This document shows positions 9,500 through 19,210 of a DNA stretch of 64,000 bases, piece after piece. The stretch's first letter is position 1, and every line of letters starts with the position of its first letter. The translations under genes and the position numbers were made by a program. Source of the DNA: Candidatus Woesearchaeota archaeon (lineage in GTDB: Archaea; Nanobdellota; Nanobdellia; Woesearchaeales; JAHWIC01); assembly GCA_019322805.1 (NCBI GenBank), contig JAHWIC010000001.1, positions 67,347 to 131,346 on the forward strand, in the 5' to 3' direction. Under the pieces are notes generated by a model. That model did no database searches, was not told the DNA's origin, and worked only from the letters and a program-made list of their open reading frames with translations.

Positions 9500-10392
9500 T
9501 TTTTGAACTTCTTTTCTAATTGTTTTCTTAATTTATCTCCAATTGGTTCTCCTTTGAAATAATCAACTTTAACACAGATGCTTATTTTATCAGCCAAACC
9601 TCTAGCAACTTTTCCTTGCTCTTTTTTCTTTGCTTGAGCTATTAGCTGGTGGCTGTATATTAGCCCATATTTTGGTGGCCTTGCACCTGTTTTCATATGC
9701 CTGAATAATGCTTTTTCAGCCCCTAATAACTGCACTGTGGAAGCAGGAAATTCCACCAAATGCTTTAATGAGCCAGCATGTTGGATTAATTTAGCTCCAA
9801 TTAAAGGGCCTGCAATTGCCAAAAGATTTGGGCAGACTCTTTTCATTACATTCTCGAGATATTCTTTTTGTTTTTCTTTTAGTTGGTATAAGTCTTTTAG
9901 TTGGTCAGCAAGAGCCATTATTGGCTTTGTGTCGTCTTTAGAAAGCTCTGCACCCATTGATTCTTCTTTTTTTATTCTTATTTCTTTTAACAATTCGTTT
10001 TTGCTCTTCTTTAATATTAATTCAACAAACTTTTCATGGCTTTGTATTGATTTTGAGAACTCAGGAAGATAATAGCTGTACCATTCCCTTAATCTTTTGA
10101 CTAAGGTGTTAGCTACTTTATCAATCTCCTCAATATTTGATATTGTTTGTATTATGAATAAATCGTCAGAAACAGCCTGCTTTATCTTCTGTTTTGTTAA
10201 TACTAGGTTGTTTTTGTAGAATTCCCTGAAATATTTCTTATTTTTTAATGATTGAAGTATTTTTTTCAATGATGCGTTATCAATCTCGATGGTTTGTTCG
10301 CTATTAATAAACAATTTCTCACTCTTAATTCCAAATTGTTCATCTAAAGTAAACGTTCCAATAATGTTTGTGAATTTATATTCTTTTGGCAT
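9496..10392 (-). CDS. nop5: Nop5/Nop56/58 family C/D box snoRNP protein (short archaeal form)
   Basis: 298 aa. The Nop domain (KALFRHMKTGARPPKYGLIYSHQLI) is present, and the gene overlaps flpA by 4 nt. Confidence 0.75.
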   Translation of the reverse strand: MPKEYKFTNIIGTFTLDEQFGIKSEKLFINSEQTIEIDNASLKKILQSLKNKKYFREFYKNNLVLTKQKIKQAVSDDLFIIQTISNIEEIDKVANTLVKRLREWYSYYLPEFSKSIQSHEKFVELILKKSKNELLKEIRIKKEESMGAELSKDDTKPIMALADQLKDLYQLKEKQKEYLENVMKRVCPNLLAIAGPLIGAKLIQHAGSLKHLVEFPASTVQLLGAEKALFRHMKTGARPPKYGLIYSHQLIAQAKKKEQGKVARGLADKISICVKVDYFKGEPIGDKLRKQLEKKFKK

Positions 10393-10480
10393 AGCTTTAA
10401 GGATTAAAGTCAGTCTTTTAAATATTTGTATTTAAAAGTGTCATAGAATGGGATCAATAGAAAGAATTCAATAAAAAATA

Positions 10481-10596
10481 ATTCTGAAAATTCCTCTTAG
10501 AACTACTGTAAAGGAATTTTCATCTACTTCTAGTTCTTAAGAAACAGAATAAGACGATTTTTGCTTTATAGTAGACTTAAGGCAAAAATCAGATTT
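10481..10596 (+). repeat. Copy A of a four-member intergenic double-hairpin element family (TCTGAAAATTCC...GGAATTTTCATC ... GATTTTTGC...GGCAAAAATCAGATT)
   Basis: Direct alignment with the copies at 40756, 53037 and 61964. The shared terminal and internal inverted motifs are present. Confidence 0.6.
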
Positions 10597-10670
10597 ATTA
10601 TTTTTCTAATTATATTTTTTATTGATTAAAAACAAAAACTTAATAAAAAAGCAAAATATAGTGAAAAACC

Positions 10671-10973
10671 ATGACCCTTATATACATAACCTGCAAAGAC
10701 AAGGCAGAAGCCAAAAAGATAGCAAGCTACCTTCTAAAGAAGAAATTAATTGCATGCGCTAATTTCTTTCCTATAAACAGCATGTATTGGTGGAAAAATA
10801 AGATAGTTGATGATAAAGAGTTCTTATTATTAGCAAAAACAGCAAAAAAGAACTGCAGCAAGGTAAGAAAAGAAGTCAAAAAGCTGCACAGCTATGAGAT
10901 ACCATGCATTCTAGAGATTGATGTTGATGGAAACAAAGAATTTATAGATTGGGTAGATAGAGTTACTATGTGA
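10671..10973 (+). CDS. cutA: Divalent-cation tolerance protein CutA
   Basis: 100 aa. The CutA1 fold signature is present (KLIACANFFPINSMYWWKNKIV...HSYEIPCILE). Confidence 0.8.
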   Translation: MTLIYITCKDKAEAKKIASYLLKKKLIACANFFPINSMYWWKNKIVDDKEFLLLAKTAKKNCSKVRKEVKKLHSYEIPCILEIDVDGNKEFIDWVDRVTM

Positions 10974-11897
10974 TTACTGCTCACAAAGCTTTTCTATTTT
11001 CTGAAACTCTTCGTCTGTGTGCTTCTGGATCAAATCAAGAATGGGCTTATTCTCTGGCTTGAATAGATGCTTAAATCTGCCCTGAGGCTTGATAAAGTCA
11101 ACAACAGGTTTTGGTTTTGAAGGCTTATAGTTTAGCTTGTACTTGCCATTCTCTATCTCATACAAAGGCCAGAAGTTGCTTTCTACAGCTAATTTAGCAA
11201 TCTCAATTGTCTTATCTGATGGAAATCTCCATCCAAGAGTGCATGGCTGCAAACAAACAAGAACAGCAGGACCATCTGCTTTGAATGCTTTCTCAGCCTT
11301 CATCGAAAGATCCATTAAGTTTGAAACAGATGCCTGAGCAACATAAGGAATATTGTGGGCAGCAACTATTTTAACGATATCCTTCTTGAATTCTTCCTTG
11401 CCTGGATGTACTTTTCCAGCTGGAGTTGTTGTTGTAGCTGCACCATAGGGTGTTGCCGAGCTTCTTTGTATGCCTGTGTTCATATAAGCTTCATTATCAT
11501 AAAGAAGATAAACCATCTTGTGGCCGCGCTCTAAAGCACCAGAAAGACTTTGGAAACCAATATCATATGTTCCGCCATCACCACCTATAGCTAACACCTT
11601 AATGTTCTTATCGCATTTGCCTTTTTTTGCAAGCACTTTCTTAGCAGCTTCCATTCCTGCACCAGTTGATGCAGAGTTTTCAAAAGCAGAGTGAATAAAA
11701 GGGATATTCCATGAGGTAAATGGATAAATAGTTGTAGTAACTTCCCAGCAGCCAGTTGCGCAACATGCAACAACAGGGTCGTCTGTGCTAGCTAGGACTG
11801 TTCTTACTATCGGAGGAATTCCACAGCCAGAGCATGTTCTGTGGCCTGGGACTATCTTTCTATCCTGCAATTTTACTGCTAATTGCTTGAAGTTCAT
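10974..11897 (-). CDS. porB: Pyruvate/2-oxoacid:ferredoxin oxidoreductase beta subunit (TPP-binding)
   Basis: 307 aa. The Cys cluster CSGCG and the TPP motif GGDGG are present, and it is the last gene of a porGDAB-like operon. Confidence 0.85.
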   Translation of the reverse strand: MNFKQLAVKLQDRKIVPGHRTCSGCGIPPIVRTVLASTDDPVVACCATGCWEVTTTIYPFTSWNIPFIHSAFENSASTGAGMEAAKKVLAKKGKCDKNIKVLAIGGDGGTYDIGFQSLSGALERGHKMVYLLYDNEAYMNTGIQRSSATPYGAATTTTPAGKVHPGKEEFKKDIVKIVAAHNIPYVAQASVSNLMDLSMKAEKAFKADGPAVLVCLQPCTLGWRFPSDKTIEIAKLAVESNFWPLYEIENGKYKLNYKPSKPKPVVDFIKPQGRFKHLFKPENKPILDLIQKHTDEEFQKIEKLCEQ

Positions 11898-13078
11898 TCC
11901 CTAACACCTATATATCTAACATCAGCTGAAACATTTCCAGCTAATAAATCGTTAAACACAGCTTCGATCTCTGACTCATAAATGTTCCTTCCTCCCAAGC
12001 CAAACACACAGCTTTGTAGTTTTGGCCTTAAATTGAAATCATAAAGTGTATTCTTGATTTCTCCAAACACAGGGGCGTTTGCTCCAAAGCTTTCTGACCT
12101 GTCCAAGACAGCAATTGCTTTGGCATTCTTCAAAGCTTCACCAACGTCTTTATAGAAGAAAGGCCTAAATACTCTTATCTTCAATAATCCAACCTTTTTT
12201 CCTTCTTTACGCATTTTATCTATAACTGTCTTTGTTGTTCCTGCAGTTGAATTCATAGTGATGATAATGGCATCAGCATCATCTAGGTTATATTTTTCAA
12301 TAGGTTCGTATATGTTACCAGTTATCTTTGAAAGCTCTTTTCCAACTTTCAAGAATACTTCCTTAGCATTCTCCATAGCAGGTATTTGTTGTCTTTTTGT
12401 TTCAAAATAATAATCCTGCAGCTCTAAAGGACCCATTGTAACAGGATCTTTAATATTTAACAACCATTTCTCTGGTTTATGCTCACCAACAAATTTCTTG
12501 ACAACCTTATCATCATAGATTGTTGTATTTGCAACACCATGTGATGTAATAAATCCATCCTGGCAGACCATTACAGGAAGCATTACATCAGGATGCTCTC
12601 CAAGCCTTACTGCTAATAATGTGTTTTCATAAACCTCTTGGTTATTCTCTGAGTAAATCTGTATCCATCCATGATCTCTGCAACCCATCGAATCAGAATG
12701 ATCACAATGGATATTAATTGGTGATGATAATGCTCTGTTAACAATATTCATTATAATGGGTAATCTTGAGCCAGAAGCAACGCCTAGTATTTCCCACATC
12801 AAAGCCAAGCCTGCTGAGGCCGTTGCTGTCATTGCACGAGCGCCTGCTGCACTCGCTCCAACGCAAACAGACATTGCTGAATGCTCTGATTCAACCCTTA
12901 CTAATTCTGTATCAACAATACCATCAGCAACAAATTCAGAGAATTTCTGCATAATTGCAGTTTGAGGTGTAATAGGAAAAGCTCCAACAACATCTGGATT
13001 AATCTGACGCATAGCTTCAGCAGCAGCTGCTGTTCCAGTGATTGCCTTTACTGTTTTGCCTATCTTTTTGTTAGCCAT
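11894..13078 (-). CDS. porA: Pyruvate:ferredoxin oxidoreductase alpha subunit
   Basis: 394 aa. Typical POR alpha length and conservation; overlaps porB by 4 nt. Confidence 0.85.
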   Translation of the reverse strand: MANKKIGKTVKAITGTAAAAEAMRQINPDVVGAFPITPQTAIMQKFSEFVADGIVDTELVRVESEHSAMSVCVGASAAGARAMTATASAGLALMWEILGVASGSRLPIIMNIVNRALSSPINIHCDHSDSMGCRDHGWIQIYSENNQEVYENTLLAVRLGEHPDVMLPVMVCQDGFITSHGVANTTIYDDKVVKKFVGEHKPEKWLLNIKDPVTMGPLELQDYYFETKRQQIPAMENAKEVFLKVGKELSKITGNIYEPIEKYNLDDADAIIITMNSTAGTTKTVIDKMRKEGKKVGLLKIRVFRPFFYKDVGEALKNAKAIAVLDRSESFGANAPVFGEIKNTLYDFNLRPKLQSCVFGLGGRNIYESEIEAVFNDLLAGNVSADVRYIGVRE

Positions 13079-13079
13079 T

Positions 13080-13382
13080 TTACTTTGTGAATTCCGCTTC
13101 TTCTTTCATCTGTATGCATTTAACAGGGCAAATATTAGCGCAAATACCGCAGCCCTTGCAATAATCAAGGTCAATGCCCTTTCTTTTGATATTTTTTTCA
13201 TCTCCTTCTGCCTTAATGCAATGCTCAGGACAGAGGATAACGCACTGCATGCAGTGAATACATTTGGAATCATCAACAATCGGCCTAAAGCTCCTCCAGT
13301 CGCCTGTTTTAAAGTGTCTAGAACTGCCTGCTTCTGTAATCATTCCTCCTATTGGAATCTCTTTCCAGGTTTTTGGCTTCAT
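13080..13382 (-). CDS. porD: Pyruvate:ferredoxin oxidoreductase delta subunit (2x[4Fe-4S] ferredoxin)
   Basis: 100 aa with two CxxCxxCxxxCP motifs. Confidence 0.8.
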   Translation of the reverse strand: MKPKTWKEIPIGGMITEAGSSRHFKTGDWRSFRPIVDDSKCIHCMQCVILCPEHCIKAEGDEKNIKRKGIDLDYCKGCGICANICPVKCIQMKEEAEFTK

Positions 13383-13945
13383 TCTATCTTAACCTCATCA
13401 TGAGCTTTCTTAACAGCATCAATAGTTGCCTTAGTTTTTTCTTCACCAAGCTTCTTCAAGAATTTGTGCTTTATACTCTCTTCAATTGCATCTAAGGTGA
13501 TGCAGTTAGTAGCCTTAATCAAAGCACCAATCATTGGTGTATTGGGCAGATTCTTTCCAACTGCACCAATTGATATCTTAGTTGCATCTACAACTCCGAC
13601 CTTGCCCTTAAAACCTGTCTTTTCGCGAACATAAGCAATATCTTTATCAGTGTTGACAAGTAAAATGCTTCCTTCATGCAGTCCTTCTGCAACTGCAGGA
13701 CTGAGTAATGTAGGATCAATTACAAGAACAACATCAGGATTAACTACTGGAGAAACGCCTTTTATCTCTTTATCAGAAATCTTTGTGTAAGCCTTCATAG
13801 GAGCTCCTGCTCTTTCTGGGCCGTACTCTGGAAAAGCCTGTATGTGCTTTCCTTTACTCATTGCAGCTTCTGCTATAAATTGAGAAGCAGTCTTTGCTCC
13901 CTGGCCACCTCTTCCATGAATCCTTATCTCAAATACCTCTTTCAT
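13379..13945 (-). CDS. porG: Pyruvate:ferredoxin oxidoreductase gamma subunit
   Basis: 188 aa. It is the first gene of the operon, and EIRIHGRGGQGAKTASQ is typical of the POR/KOR gamma subunit. Confidence 0.8.
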   Translation of the reverse strand: MKEVFEIRIHGRGGQGAKTASQFIAEAAMSKGKHIQAFPEYGPERAGAPMKAYTKISDKEIKGVSPVVNPDVVLVIDPTLLSPAVAEGLHEGSILLVNTDKDIAYVREKTGFKGKVGVVDATKISIGAVGKNLPNTPMIGALIKATNCITLDAIEESIKHKFLKKLGEEKTKATIDAVKKAHDEVKIE

Positions 13946-14004
13946 CTGATAAAACCAGAAATTCTGCTATTTATATATTTTTCCTTATAGCGTTAAACAA
14001 AAAC

Positions 14005-14056
14005 TTTTAGAAAGCAAAGCTTTCTAAACCATTTAGGAAAGCTTCGCTTTCCAAAA
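14005..14056. promoter_or_regulatory. Two adjacent palindromes sharing a GAAAGC half-site (TTTAGAAAGC-AAA-GCTTTCTAAA and AGGAAAGC-TTC-GCTTTCC) in the divergent por / ABC1-kinase promoter region, just upstream of a TATA-like GTTTATATAAA
   Basis: Read directly. The palindromes are perfect, with centres about 27 bp apart, and the TATA box lies at 14057-14067. Confidence 0.4.
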
Positions 14057-14091
14057 AGTTTATATAAACCAGATAGAGTATTACTACTTAG

Positions 14092-15762
14092 ATGAATATT
14101 AAAAAAGAGGTAAGAGATATAAGGAGATTACAGGATATTCTATTAGTTCTAGTTGAAAGTGGATTTGGTTATCTAATAAGCAAGATCAAGCTTAGTAGCC
14201 TTGTTCCATTTGGAAAACGGGTAAAGGCTAAGTTGAAGCCAAAGAAGAAAATAACAAATCCTGAGAGACTTAGGCTGACTTTTGAAAAGCTGGGACCAAC
14301 TTTCATTAAGTTTGGCCAGTTATTGAGTCTAAGACCTGATTTATTGCCAAAAGAGTATATACGAGAGCTTGGAAAACTGCAGGATAGGGTACCTCCATTT
14401 AGTTCTACAGAAGCGAAAAAGATTGTTGAACATGAGTTAGGCCCTATAAGTAAGCCCTTCTCAAAGTTCGAACCTAAACCAGTTGCTTCTGCTTCTATCT
14501 CCCAGGTGCATAAAGCAGTTTTGAAGAATAAGAAAACAGTTGCTGTAAAGATACGAAGACCCGGAGTAAGAAGTATTATGGAAACTGATATTGAGATAAT
14601 GATGCAGATAGCAAAGCTGATAGAAAAATATATTCCAAGATTAAGAAGATACAATCCCATTGCAATTGTTAATGAATTCCATGAATGGACTAAGCGCGAG
14701 CTAGACTTAAGAAAGGAAGCAAGAAATGCGCAAAGGTTCTATAATAATTTCAAAGGAAGCAAGAGCGTCTATATACCCAAGGTATACAAAGAATTATGCA
14801 CTAAAAAGGTATTTGTTTCTGAATTCATAGAAGCTATTGAACTTCATGATGTTAAGGATGTTAAAAGAAAAGGGCTAAACCTCAGTAAGATTATAAAGAA
14901 TGGTTATATGGCTCTGCTAACCCAGGTGTTTGAACATGGTTTTTTCCATGCTGATCCTCATCCAGGAAATATCCTGATAATGAAAGACAACCGCATAGCC
15001 TTTGTTGATTATGGCATTGTTGGTTACTTTGACGATAAGTTAAAGGAAAAGTCTATTGATATCATATATGGCATTGTCAAAGACGAGCCTGAAAGGGTTG
15101 TAAGTGCCCTCTTAGAGCTTGGAAGTGTCGGAAAAGAAGGAGTAGACATTGATTCTTTTGAGAGAGAAGTACAAGATGCGATTGAAGAGCTGCAGGGAGC
15201 TAGTTTGAGTGATGTAAAATTAAGTTTGGTTTTAGAAGAAGTGCTGGATATTGCATTAAAATATCGTGTAAAAATGCCCCTGGACTTTATATTATTTGGA
15301 AAAACAATTGTTACTTTAGAAGGGGTAGCGTTGGAGTATGACCCTGAATTCAAGATCATTGACACAACAAAGCCCTTTGTTGAAAGATTAATGCTCAAGG
15401 AAAAGCCAAAGTACTTTGTAAAAGATTTGATTTCAAGAACAACAAAATTAAAGGACAGCATAGTTTCTTTCCCGACTCAGACATACAGTGTATTAAAAAA
15501 ACTGCAGAAAGGGACTATAAGGTTTGGTATCGAGGATAGAGAGATAAGAAGGCTGGGTGTTGAAATAGATAAGTCGAGCGACAGGCTTGTTTATGGAATA
15601 GTTATTGCTGCACTTATCATAGCATCAGCATGGACAGTTAACATACCTGGCGGCCCAAGGATATGGGATATTCACTTTTTACCATTTAGTTTTTTGGTCT
15701 TTGCGCTTATTGTAAGCATTTTGCTGCTTATTTCAATACATAAAGAAAAAGAAATTGAATGA
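14092..15762 (+). CDS. ABC1/UbiB family atypical kinase with C-terminal TM helices
   Basis: 556 aa. ABC1-kinase motifs are present (SISQVHKA, FHADPHPGNILI, VDYGIVG). Confidence 0.8.
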   Translation: MNIKKEVRDIRRLQDILLVLVESGFGYLISKIKLSSLVPFGKRVKAKLKPKKKITNPERLRLTFEKLGPTFIKFGQLLSLRPDLLPKEYIRELGKLQDRVPPFSSTEAKKIVEHELGPISKPFSKFEPKPVASASISQVHKAVLKNKKTVAVKIRRPGVRSIMETDIEIMMQIAKLIEKYIPRLRRYNPIAIVNEFHEWTKRELDLRKEARNAQRFYNNFKGSKSVYIPKVYKELCTKKVFVSEFIEAIELHDVKDVKRKGLNLSKIIKNGYMALLTQVFEHGFFHADPHPGNILIMKDNRIAFVDYGIVGYFDDKLKEKSIDIIYGIVKDEPERVVSALLELGSVGKEGVDIDSFEREVQDAIEELQGASLSDVKLSLVLEEVLDIALKYRVKMPLDFILFGKTIVTLEGVALEYDPEFKIIDTTKPFVERLMLKEKPKYFVKDLISRTTKLKDSIVSFPTQTYSVLKKLQKGTIRFGIEDREIRRLGVEIDKSSDRLVYGIVIAALIIASAWTVNIPGGPRIWDIHFLPFSFLVFALIVSILLLISIHKEKEIE

Positions 15763-15772
15763 GGTGAGATAT

Positions 15773-16072
15773 ATGAATAAGATAATAAGAAATGCAATTC
15801 TGCTTGGATTGGGAGCTGCAAGCTTAACAAAGGAAAAAGTAGAGAAGACAGTAAAGGGCTTTGTTAAAAAGGGTAAGATAAACACTAAAGAAGGCAAAGC
15901 CTTGGTAAGGGCTCTTTTAGGGCAAGCTAAGAAAGAGAAAGCCAGGGTAAGCTCTTTATTAAAGACAGAAGGAAAGAAGCTGGTTAAGGAAGCTGAAACA
16001 GTGACTAAAAACGAAGTTAAGATATTAAAAGCCAGAATAGCAAAGCTTGAGAAAAAGGTAAAGAAGAGATAA
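15773..16072 (+). CDS. Small Lys-rich coiled-coil protein (phasin-like)
   Basis: About 100 aa of K/E-rich predicted helix. It overlaps the ABC1 kinase stop and may be translationally coupled. Start chosen at MNKIIRN. Confidence 0.45.
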   Translation: MNKIIRNAILLGLGAASLTKEKVEKTVKGFVKKGKINTKEGKALVRALLGQAKKEKARVSSLLKTEGKKLVKEAETVTKNEVKILKARIAKLEKKVKKR

Positions 16073-16744
16073 CTATCTTATTATCGTTCCTTTAAACTTT
16101 TTTCCTTTCAATAATTTCTCTAAATTTTTTAAATTCTTTCCAATAATAGCAACACTTAATTTAGATTTTTCAGCTTCTTTTGAAGCAATTGGATCAAATG
16201 GCATGTTAAGCCCTGCTTTCCATTTGCTGCCAACAAGTTTTCTGAGCCCTTTCCAGGTTGTTTCTTTTATTGGCTTCGCATTTTTGCTTTTTTTAGGGTC
16301 TTTGTCATAAACATAATCCACATTTGTCATATTAACGATTATCTTTGCTCCGAGATTTTTAGCTAATAAAACAGCATCATAATCAGTGCTCCATCCTGGT
16401 TTCCATCCGCCTGCTATCAACGCCTTCTTCTTTGACCTGATTTTTTTTGTGGGATCAATAATAAAGCAGGTATCTGCAATATTTCCAAAGATATTAACCA
16501 TTAAATCAGCATTGAGCCATGTTGCGTGTGTTCCTAACCAGTCAAGCTGTGTTTGGCTTACTTTAGAAACAGATGAAGCAGCTTTTTGATAATCACGAGC
16601 AAGCTTTCCGCCTCCACAGTAAATACCAAACCTATAGCTTTTTTTGACAAACTTTTCAATAAGAGACTTGAATCCCTTCAAAAATTTGATATCTACTTTA
16701 TCCGGGACTATTATTGAGCCGCCAAGGGATATAACAATTGTTTT
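16073..16744 (-). CDS. pyrH: UMP kinase (amino-acid kinase family, archaeal type)
   Basis: About 224 aa. Motifs include SLGGS, GGGKLARDY, WLNADLM, AGGWKPGWSTDYDA and NVDYVYDKDP. Confidence 0.75.
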   Translation of the reverse strand, partial: KTIVISLGGSIIVPDKVDIKFLKGFKSLIEKFVKKSYRFGIYCGGGKLARDYQKAASSVSKVSQTQLDWLGTHATWLNADLMVNIFGNIADTCFIIDPTKKIRSKKKALIAGGWKPGWSTDYDAVLLAKNLGAKIIVNMTNVDYVYDKDPKKSKNAKPIKETTWKGLRKLVGSKWKAGLNMPFDPIASKEAEKSKLSVAIIGKNLKNLEKLLKGKKFKGTIIR

Positions 16745-16748
16745 CATT

Positions 16749-17108
16749 TTACGCACCAATGCCAATAAATGTAACACCCATTATTATTAGCAAAATTCCA
16801 AGCCATTTGTATTTATTCATCTTCTCCTTTAAAAACTTTATTGATAAAAACGAGACCCAGATATATGTTACTGAAACAAGGGGATATAGGATTGAGAGCT
16901 CTCCACCACGAAGTGCTGCTATAAATAAGATAGTTCCAAGAATATATAAGCTAGTTCCACTAGTAATATAGTGGTTTTTTATCAAGAGCCTTGGATTTAA
17001 GGAAAATTTCTTTGAGCCTTTTTTCAAGAGTATTGGTCCAAATGAGCCAACTATTGTGCCTAAAACAACAAGTCCTGCCGCCCATAGTTCTGTTGGCATC
17101 TTACGCAA
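16749..17108 (-). CDS. EamA/DMT-superfamily 4-TM half-transporter
   Basis: 119 aa with four hydrophobic helices, paired with the upstream homologue. Confidence 0.55.
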   Translation of the reverse strand: MRKMPTELWAAGLVVLGTIVGSFGPILLKKGSKKFSLNPRLLIKNHYITSGTSLYILGTILFIAALRGGELSILYPLVSVTYIWVSFLSIKFLKEKMNKYKWLGILLIIMGVTFIGIGA

Positions 17109-17484
17109 CCTCTGTATAGCTTATTCCGTCTTTTTTGCTTCCAACACTTACAAGAATTACACCTGCAATTATAATAAAAATTCCAATCCACTTATACGCA
17201 TTCATTAACTCCCCTAAAAAGAATATTGATAAGAGAGATACCCATACATAACTTGTAGCAATGATAGGATAAAGCACAGTGACATCACCATGTCTTAAAG
17301 CAATAATCATTATTATTCCTGCAATCACATATATGATAAGGCCTGTTATTATTTGATAGTTTGTTATTATTCCATACAAACTAACCACAAGCTTGTTTGC
17401 TCCAAACTTGTATAATATCTGGGCTATTGAAGTTAGAAAAGTGCAAAGAATAATTAAACCAAATGCAAACGGTTTTGTCCTCAT
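17101..17484 (-). CDS. EamA/DMT-superfamily 4-TM half-transporter
   Basis: 127 aa. Its motif YKWIGIFIIIAGV parallels the partner's YKWLGILLIIMGV. Confidence 0.55.
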   Translation of the reverse strand: MRTKPFAFGLIILCTFLTSIAQILYKFGANKLVVSLYGIITNYQIITGLIIYVIAGIIMIIALRHGDVTVLYPIIATSYVWVSLLSIFFLGELMNAYKWIGIFIIIAGVILVSVGSKKDGISYTEVA

Positions 17485-17488
17485 TTTT

Positions 17489-19210
17489 TTATTGCTTCAA
17501 TAAGATTTCTATAACAGCAGCATATGCTGGCCTTGCTATGAATACTCCAATAGATACGCCAAAGATTGTGGTAAGAGCAAATCCTTTTAACAAACCAGCT
17601 CCAGCAGCCAATAGCGGAATCATTGCTACAACTGTTGTGAGATAAGCAACCAGGATTATTGAAAATGCATTTTTGATGCGCTCTTTCCAATTGAATATCT
17701 TTTTTGATTCTCCTCTCAGGGTTTCGTCAGTAATAACTATCTGATGATCAACACTAGTACCAACAACTATTATGATGCCTGCTATAGCTGCTAGGTCAAG
17801 ATTCCAGTTTGCAATTGCTGCAAACCCCAATAGTATCACAACTTCAGAAACACAAGTTACCATCATTGGGGTAACTATCTCTAGTTTTCTGTATCTTAAG
17901 AATACGACAATTACCACAATAAGTATTGCCAACAAACCTACAACTAATGCGTTTCTAACAAACTCTTCTCCAAGTATCGGGCTTATTGAGTCTGTCTTGA
18001 TTATATCTATCTTAACTGGTAAAGAGCCTGTGATAAGGATTGTCTGCAGCCTTTTCATGTTTTGCAGTGCATTTATAGCTGCTTCCTGCTTTGTCATGCC
18101 AACGCCAGAGCCGGAAATCTGTATGTCTGTAGTTGCACTGCCTCTTAATTCTGCGCCGATATTAAGTGCATCTACCTGTTTATCATCAAGGTATAAGTAT
18201 ATCTTTTCACTAAGATACTGCTGGTTATCCTCTGATAATATTTCCAAGTCAGCTGTTGCATCTGCCTGTCTTTGTGCAGCTTCCTGAGACAAGGCAATTG
18301 AAAACCTAAAACGGCAGTACCATGCATTGCCTGATCTTCCGCAGCCAGCTCTTGGGTCAATTCCTGAGCAGTCTGCTGACTTGCATACATAGGTTATATC
18401 CCTTCCGCCAATAAAAACAGTTTCATTCTTTATCTTTGCCTCGAATTTTCCCTGCTTAGCAAGAAGCTCTCTTACCTCTTCTTCATTTACCCCAGGCATT
18501 TCAACGAGGATGTACTGGTTTCCAGAAAGGTCTCCAGCTTTTCTTACAACAACGTCACTAAGGCCATATACATTCAGCCTTTCCTTCATGTTCTCTAGGA
18601 GCATATCAAGACTAGGCTCATCTAGTTTTGTCTCTGGCTGTAATAAAACTCTTGTGCCTCCTTGCAAATCAAGGCCTTTTCTTATATTGGTGTTTGGTGC
18701 TTTATAGACCCTCAAGCCAATGTCTTCTGCACCAAGTAAGATTGTTTTTGTCTTTGGAACAGTGATTATTCTTGATCTAGTTTCATTTACAGTAACTAAG
18801 CTGCCATTTATTGTCTTGTTTACAGGCACTATCTCTATAACTGTTTTTGTTTCTGTCTCGTTTAGCTCGATTGTTTTTGTTTTTTCTTTTACTGTAAGCT
18901 TATAAGTATCCTTATTTGTTGTTATCCTTACTATTCTTCCAGGTTCTAGATCTCCTATGCCTTTATAGTAATCCTCAACCGTCTTTATCGGAATATTGTT
19001 TACAGCAATGATGCGCTCTCTACTCATCGGAGCTATATTGGGGGTTGTGCTTTTTATTCCAGCTAAGTTAGCGGAACTATTAGATATGACATTTCTTATA
19101 GCAACTCCTTCTGCTTTGGGGTTTGGATGTATTGCTACTATAGCTAGAAGTATGAATATGAAAAGTACAATTACCCTCGTATTCTTGAATACTTTCTTAA
19201 TCCTGTGCAT
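17489..19210 (-). CDS. secD: Protein-export membrane protein SecD
   Basis: 573 aa. It has an N-terminal TM, a large periplasmic domain and a C-terminal 5-6 TM bundle. It lies downstream of secF, as in archaeal secFD operons. Confidence 0.75.
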   Translation of the reverse strand: MHRIKKVFKNTRVIVLFIFILLAIVAIHPNPKAEGVAIRNVISNSSANLAGIKSTTPNIAPMSRERIIAVNNIPIKTVEDYYKGIGDLEPGRIVRITTNKDTYKLTVKEKTKTIELNETETKTVIEIVPVNKTINGSLVTVNETRSRIITVPKTKTILLGAEDIGLRVYKAPNTNIRKGLDLQGGTRVLLQPETKLDEPSLDMLLENMKERLNVYGLSDVVVRKAGDLSGNQYILVEMPGVNEEEVRELLAKQGKFEAKIKNETVFIGGRDITYVCKSADCSGIDPRAGCGRSGNAWYCRFRFSIALSQEAAQRQADATADLEILSEDNQQYLSEKIYLYLDDKQVDALNIGAELRGSATTDIQISGSGVGMTKQEAAINALQNMKRLQTILITGSLPVKIDIIKTDSISPILGEEFVRNALVVGLLAILIVVIVVFLRYRKLEIVTPMMVTCVSEVVILLGFAAIANWNLDLAAIAGIIIVVGTSVDHQIVITDETLRGESKKIFNWKERIKNAFSIILVAYLTTVVAMIPLLAAGAGLLKGFALTTIFGVSIGVFIARPAYAAVIEILLKQ

